Origin: Candidatus Poribacteria bacterium
GTDB lineage: Bacteria; Poribacteria; WGA-4E; PCPOR2b
Length of the DNA: 64,000 bases
Assembly (NCBI GenBank): GCA_965208675.1
Contig: OZ242351.1
Span: forward strand, 4,128,001-4,192,000
Direction: 5' to 3'
Part shown: positions 60,422-64,000 of the stretch, piece by piece
Position numbering within the stretch: the stretch's first letter is position 1
Layout of the letters: the number at the start of each line of letters is the position of its first letter
Program-made: the position numbers and the translations under genes
The notes under the pieces: generated by a model
What the model was told of the DNA's origin: nothing
The model's database searches: none
The model's input: only the letters and a program-made list of their open reading frames with translations

Positions 60422-60450
60422 AGTATAGCACAAATCCTAAATTAAAGCAA
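60422..60450 (-). promoter_or_regulatory. sigma70 promoter of the M23 gene
   Basis: TTGCTT-N17-TATACT with extended TG. Confidence 0.5.
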
Positions 60451-60811
60451 GCCTGTAATTCAAAATAATTGCGTCACAAAATTTACAGTTTTGGTCGACC
60501 TCTTTTATTATCCAGGTTTCATGCGCGTAACGGACAATACGTGTGATGCAGCAGTGAGGTTTCAGTAAACTAACAGTGACACACAATGACGGCTATGATA
60601 TACTATGAATGCCGAATACTGCCAATTGACGGATAAGGATTGGTCTGAGTTTGGTTAACATTTTGATGCCGTGTTATTGAATTCGTGTATTGAATTGGGA
60701 ATCATTTTAGCGGGTGAAGAATCCGATTTGATATTTTCACTAAGTAACGGAGAAAGACTTGCTAATCGCAAAATTCACAATCTGCGATTTTGAGGAGGAA
60801 GCTATTACTCG

Positions 60812-63800
60812 ATGAACCAGTGTCATTTCCGGGCATATATGAGCGCAGATGTTTGCCAAACACACGTTCGCTTTGTTCAATCTTGCATCTCGCAATGGGG
60901 GAGTATACGGGTATTAATTCTACTCATTTTATTTAGTGGTTTTGTATCTGATATATTCGCCGCAACGGGACATTCGGCGGTTCAAGCGGCATCTGATTCC
61001 AATGGGATAACCGTTGAGTTTGACCTGCCCGAACTTGATGTGTCAACTGTAGAACATGCTGGCGTTCAATATCGGTCAGTTCGCTACAAGGAAAGCGGGT
61101 TTACCAATGAAGCAGGCAACCCGCGACTGCCAGTTACACGTGTTATGCTAGGTGTGCCGCCTAACGCGAGTTTTCATATTGAAGTAACTCAAGCGGCATA
61201 CCGGGCACGACGCATTTCTCGAATCTCTCCCGTCCCCCGCCGTGTCCCACAAACAGGTTCAAAAGGCATCCAAAACCTTGTCGATGAGTGGCGTGAAGAT
61301 GGAGTTGCCTATCAGAGCGGCGGCGCCCATTATCCTGAATCGCTAGCGGAAATTGTTTACGAAGGCGCCATCAGATCGCAGCGGGTTATATTACTCGAAC
61401 TTCGGCCTGTCCAATATCAACCACGAACGCGTTCGCTACGGATTTATCCACGCCTAGCTGTCCGTGTACATTTTGATTATACCCCCAATCGCCCGCGTGC
61501 TTCAGGTTTCTCCGGGTCTCCTACAAATCGGTCCCTTTCAATGAGAAGCTCGGTTGAACCGGTAGTGTTCGAGAGAATGTTCCAAAGGCAGTTATTGAAT
61601 TACGATGAAGCGAGGCGATGGCGTGTCCCAAGAGAACAGCGGATACCATCTGCTCCTTCACTCCAACACCCAACTGTGGATGGCCGGTACAAGATTCTCA
61701 TTGACAAAACCGGCATATACCGCCTGACAAGTGAAGAATTGCTCCGGTCGTGGAATGTAGATTTGAGGGATATTGATCCTCGATATCTTCATCTGCGGCG
61801 TTACGGCGCAGATCACGGCAACGCGGGTCAAGAAATCCCAATGTACATTCAAGGCGAAACGGACGGGCGATTCGACATCGGTGACTACCTTGAATTTTTT
61901 GGCTTGGATGCCGCGAGTAGATATACGCGCTGGAATGTTTACTGGTTAACCGTAGAGCGGACACGCGGTAAGCGGGTCGCAGAAATTAACGCACACCCTG
62001 GCGATCCGCGCGCGAAGACCGTCCCCGTTTTTCGATCTAAGGTTGTTTTCGAGGAAGACCATCTAACTAGCAACCTGGAGCATGTTTCACCAGCAGTTGT
62101 ATCACCCGGGAACAAGCACGGTTGGTTCGAGTCACTTGACTTCTGGTACTGGACGGGAATCAAAAACGCGGGGGACTACAATGACGATAATTTAGAATTT
62201 CCGCTCTATGACCTTACCCAGAGTTTTGTCCAACCTAAAATACGGGTTTTGCTGCAAGGGGGCGCCCCGACAAGGCATGAGATTCTAGTATCAGTAAATG
62301 GGATAAGGATTGACAATGCGAAGTGGTCTGACCAAAATGTTGCGGCGGTCGAACGCACACTACGTGCTTGGGACAATTTGCGGGATTTCTCCAAGAACGA
62401 ACGGAATGTGCTCACGATAACGCGGGTAGATACGACAACGGAGGATGATACGACCCGGTATCCCTACCATGCGTACATTAATTCCTTTGAAGTTGAGTAC
62501 ACACGCCTGTTAAAAGCAGTGAACGATTACCTTGCATTCTCCTCCCCAGCTAGTACAGATACGTACGCTGTTCGCAAACACCGCACGCTGGAATACACAG
62601 TTCAGAGTTTCCTCTCGCCGGATGTGGAGATTTTTGAATACGACAGCGAGAATTTAACTGCAAAGCTGCAAAACCCCAAAATAGACAGAGTGCATCTGAA
62701 TCGAGCTGACCGTGATCGCTTACGCCTAATCACTCAAGAAAGCCGTGATGTAGGAGAAGGGCAGGAACAGATTATATCTCTAGGGGATATTCCACGCGCC
62801 GCTTACAATGCAACCTTTCACGCACCGGATTCTCACGATGCCAAATTCTTAGCGGTTTCGTCTGCGGGCGTGCGCAGGCCGGTTGATGTCGAGTATGTTC
62901 CTCCTACTGATTTACTGTCACCGTCCAACGGTGCCGACTATCTGATAATTAGCCATCCGGTGTTTAGTGAAGCGTCCCATAAATTAGCTGAATGGCGATC
63001 GGCTTCAAAAGGCGGCGGACACCGCGCGAAGGTGGTTGATGTTAACCAGATTTATAACACCTTTAGCAACGGCATGGTGGACCCAAAAGCCATTAAGGCA
63101 TTTCTGACTTACGCGTATAAGCACTGGGAACAACCAGCGCTCTCTTATCTTGTTATCATGGGAGATGGGACGTTCGATTACCGCGGCACGGACGAAGAGA
63201 TTTATCCTGATGCTCCGGAACTGCTGGGATATATCCCGACTCACTACATTTGGACAAGCTCATTTGGGCGAACTTCAATCGATCATTGGTATGCAACGGT
63301 GAGCGGGATTGACGAACTTGCGGATTTCTACGTTGGACGGCTTAGTGCAGAAACGCCTGAATCCGCCAATGAGATAGTCGAAAAAATCATCAACTACGAG
63401 GGAACCAGACCGAACGGAAGCTGGCGGCGGCAGATTATCTCAGTTGCGGATGACGAAGTCAATAACTCTGGTGATTTCATTTTCAAGAAAAGCTTGACCG
63501 AAGTTGCGCAGAGCCACACATTACTGGGTTATGAAACAAAACGGATCTTTCTCGAAGACATTATTAAGGAGGTTAATGCGAATCCCGAAGCATACGGCAG
63601 CAAGCTGCCTAAGCACGTTGCGAAGGATTTGATTATCGACACAATGGGCAAAGGTGCAGTCATTGCCCAATACGCTGGTCATGGCGGAAGGATTGTTTGG
63701 GCGCACGAGGCTATATTCGATAACGCGTCAGTCGACCGGGTTGATCAGACAGAGCATCTTCCGTTTATGCTTGTTTTGAGCTGTTATAACGGTTACTTTG

Positions 63801-64000
63801 ATGCGCCCGGCGAGCCGAGCATGGCGGAAAAGCTGCTTCGAAAGGAAAGGGGCGGCATAATCGGTATGCTCAGCGCCACTCGTTTGACGTACGGCAGCGG
63901 CAATGATACCCTCAACCGAATAATCTTCGATGATCTTTTTAAGCGCAATGTGCGCGGACTTGGCGAACTCAGCTTCGATTCAAAAGTGGAATTACTAATC
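60812..64000 (+). CDS. C25 family cysteine peptidase (gingipain/PorU-like) with propeptide, truncated at the window end
   Basis: Spot-translated by hand from ATG 60812 (GAGGAGG RBS): signal peptide, AGNPRLPV propeptide, GADYLII, IYNTFSNG, YLVIMGDG, VGRL, YAGHG (His, 63677) and LSCYNG (Cys). Start and GHG codons share a frame. Absent from the ORF track, consistent with no stop in the window. Confidence 0.85.
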   Translation, partial: MNQCHFRAYMSADVCQTHVRFVQSCISQWGSIRVLILLILFSGFVSDIFAATGHSAVQAASDSNGITVEFDLPELDVSTVEHAGVQYRSVRYKESGFTNEAGNPRLPVTRVMLGVPPNASFHIEVTQAAYRARRISRISPVPRRVPQTGSKGIQNLVDEWREDGVAYQSGGAHYPESLAEIVYEGAIRSQRVILLELRPVQYQPRTRSLRIYPRLAVRVHFDYTPNRPRASGFSGSPTNRSLSMRSSVEPVVFERMFQRQLLNYDEARRWRVPREQRIPSAPSLQHPTVDGRYKILIDKTGIYRLTSEELLRSWNVDLRDIDPRYLHLRRYGADHGNAGQEIPMYIQGETDGRFDIGDYLEFFGLDAASRYTRWNVYWLTVERTRGKRVAEINAHPGDPRAKTVPVFRSKVVFEEDHLTSNLEHVSPAVVSPGNKHGWFESLDFWYWTGIKNAGDYNDDNLEFPLYDLTQSFVQPKIRVLLQGGAPTRHEILVSVNGIRIDNAKWSDQNVAAVERTLRAWDNLRDFSKNERNVLTITRVDTTTEDDTTRYPYHAYINSFEVEYTRLLKAVNDYLAFSSPASTDTYAVRKHRTLEYTVQSFLSPDVEIFEYDSENLTAKLQNPKIDRVHLNRADRDRLRLITQESRDVGEGQEQIISLGDIPRAAYNATFHAPDSHDAKFLAVSSAGVRRPVDVEYVPPTDLLSPSNGADYLIISHPVFSEASHKLAEWRSASKGGGHRAKVVDVNQIYNTFSNGMVDPKAIKAFLTYAYKHWEQPALSYLVIMGDGTFDYRGTDEEIYPDAPELLGYIPTHYIWTSSFGRTSIDHWYATVSGIDELADFYVGRLSAETPESANEIVEKIINYEGTRPNGSWRRQIISVADDEVNNSGDFIFKKSLTEVAQSHTLLGYETKRIFLEDIIKEVNANPEAYGSKLPKHVAKDLIIDTMGKGAVIAQYAGHGGRIVWAHEAIFDNASVDRVDQTEHLPFMLVLSCYNGYFDAPGEPSMAEKLLRKERGGIIGMLSATRLTYGSGNDTLNRIIFDDLFKRNVRGLGELSFDSKVELLI

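Overview
Bacterial DNA that most resembles Candidatus Poribacteria. This is inferred from LamG-type proteins ending in a 'KLxTTWxxLK' tail, a WD40 protein with a 'QNYPNPFNPETWIPYQL' C-terminal domain, PhyH dioxygenases and ankyrin proteins. 0.3-15 kb is a + strand run of small unrelated enzymes (NIPSNAP, SAM methyltransferases, APH-like kinase, MBL hydrolase, RlmB-like, PPase, NUDIX, PhyH, HIT, Map, AAC(3), DUF123) with MITE-like elements between and inside them. 15.3-37.6 kb on the - strand is the main feature: five tandem ~930-970 aa ECF sigma factor / transmembrane helix / TolB-like (PD40) beta-propeller fusions. A conserved ECF-type promoter lies directly upstream of four copies and a conserved terminator follows each (split in copy 1). 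The -35 variant co-varies with the sigma4.2 helix, and the propellers look mosaic. Secreted C-type lectin, lipoprotein, ConA-like and WD40 genes flank the array. 37.8-45 kb holds RDD/SpoIIM genes, a type II R-M-like pair whose methyltransferase follows an orphan Phd/YefM gene, three paralogous membrane proteins and a LamG pseudogene. 45-64 kb holds sugar enzymes, AlkA, PhyH, DgoD-like, MazG, NUDIX, GGT, an Nma111-like protease, prpD, an M23 peptidase and a truncated PorU/gingipain-like C25 peptidase. Several genes carry single frameshift or nonsense lesions. No rRNA, tRNA, CRISPR array or intact transposase was seen.
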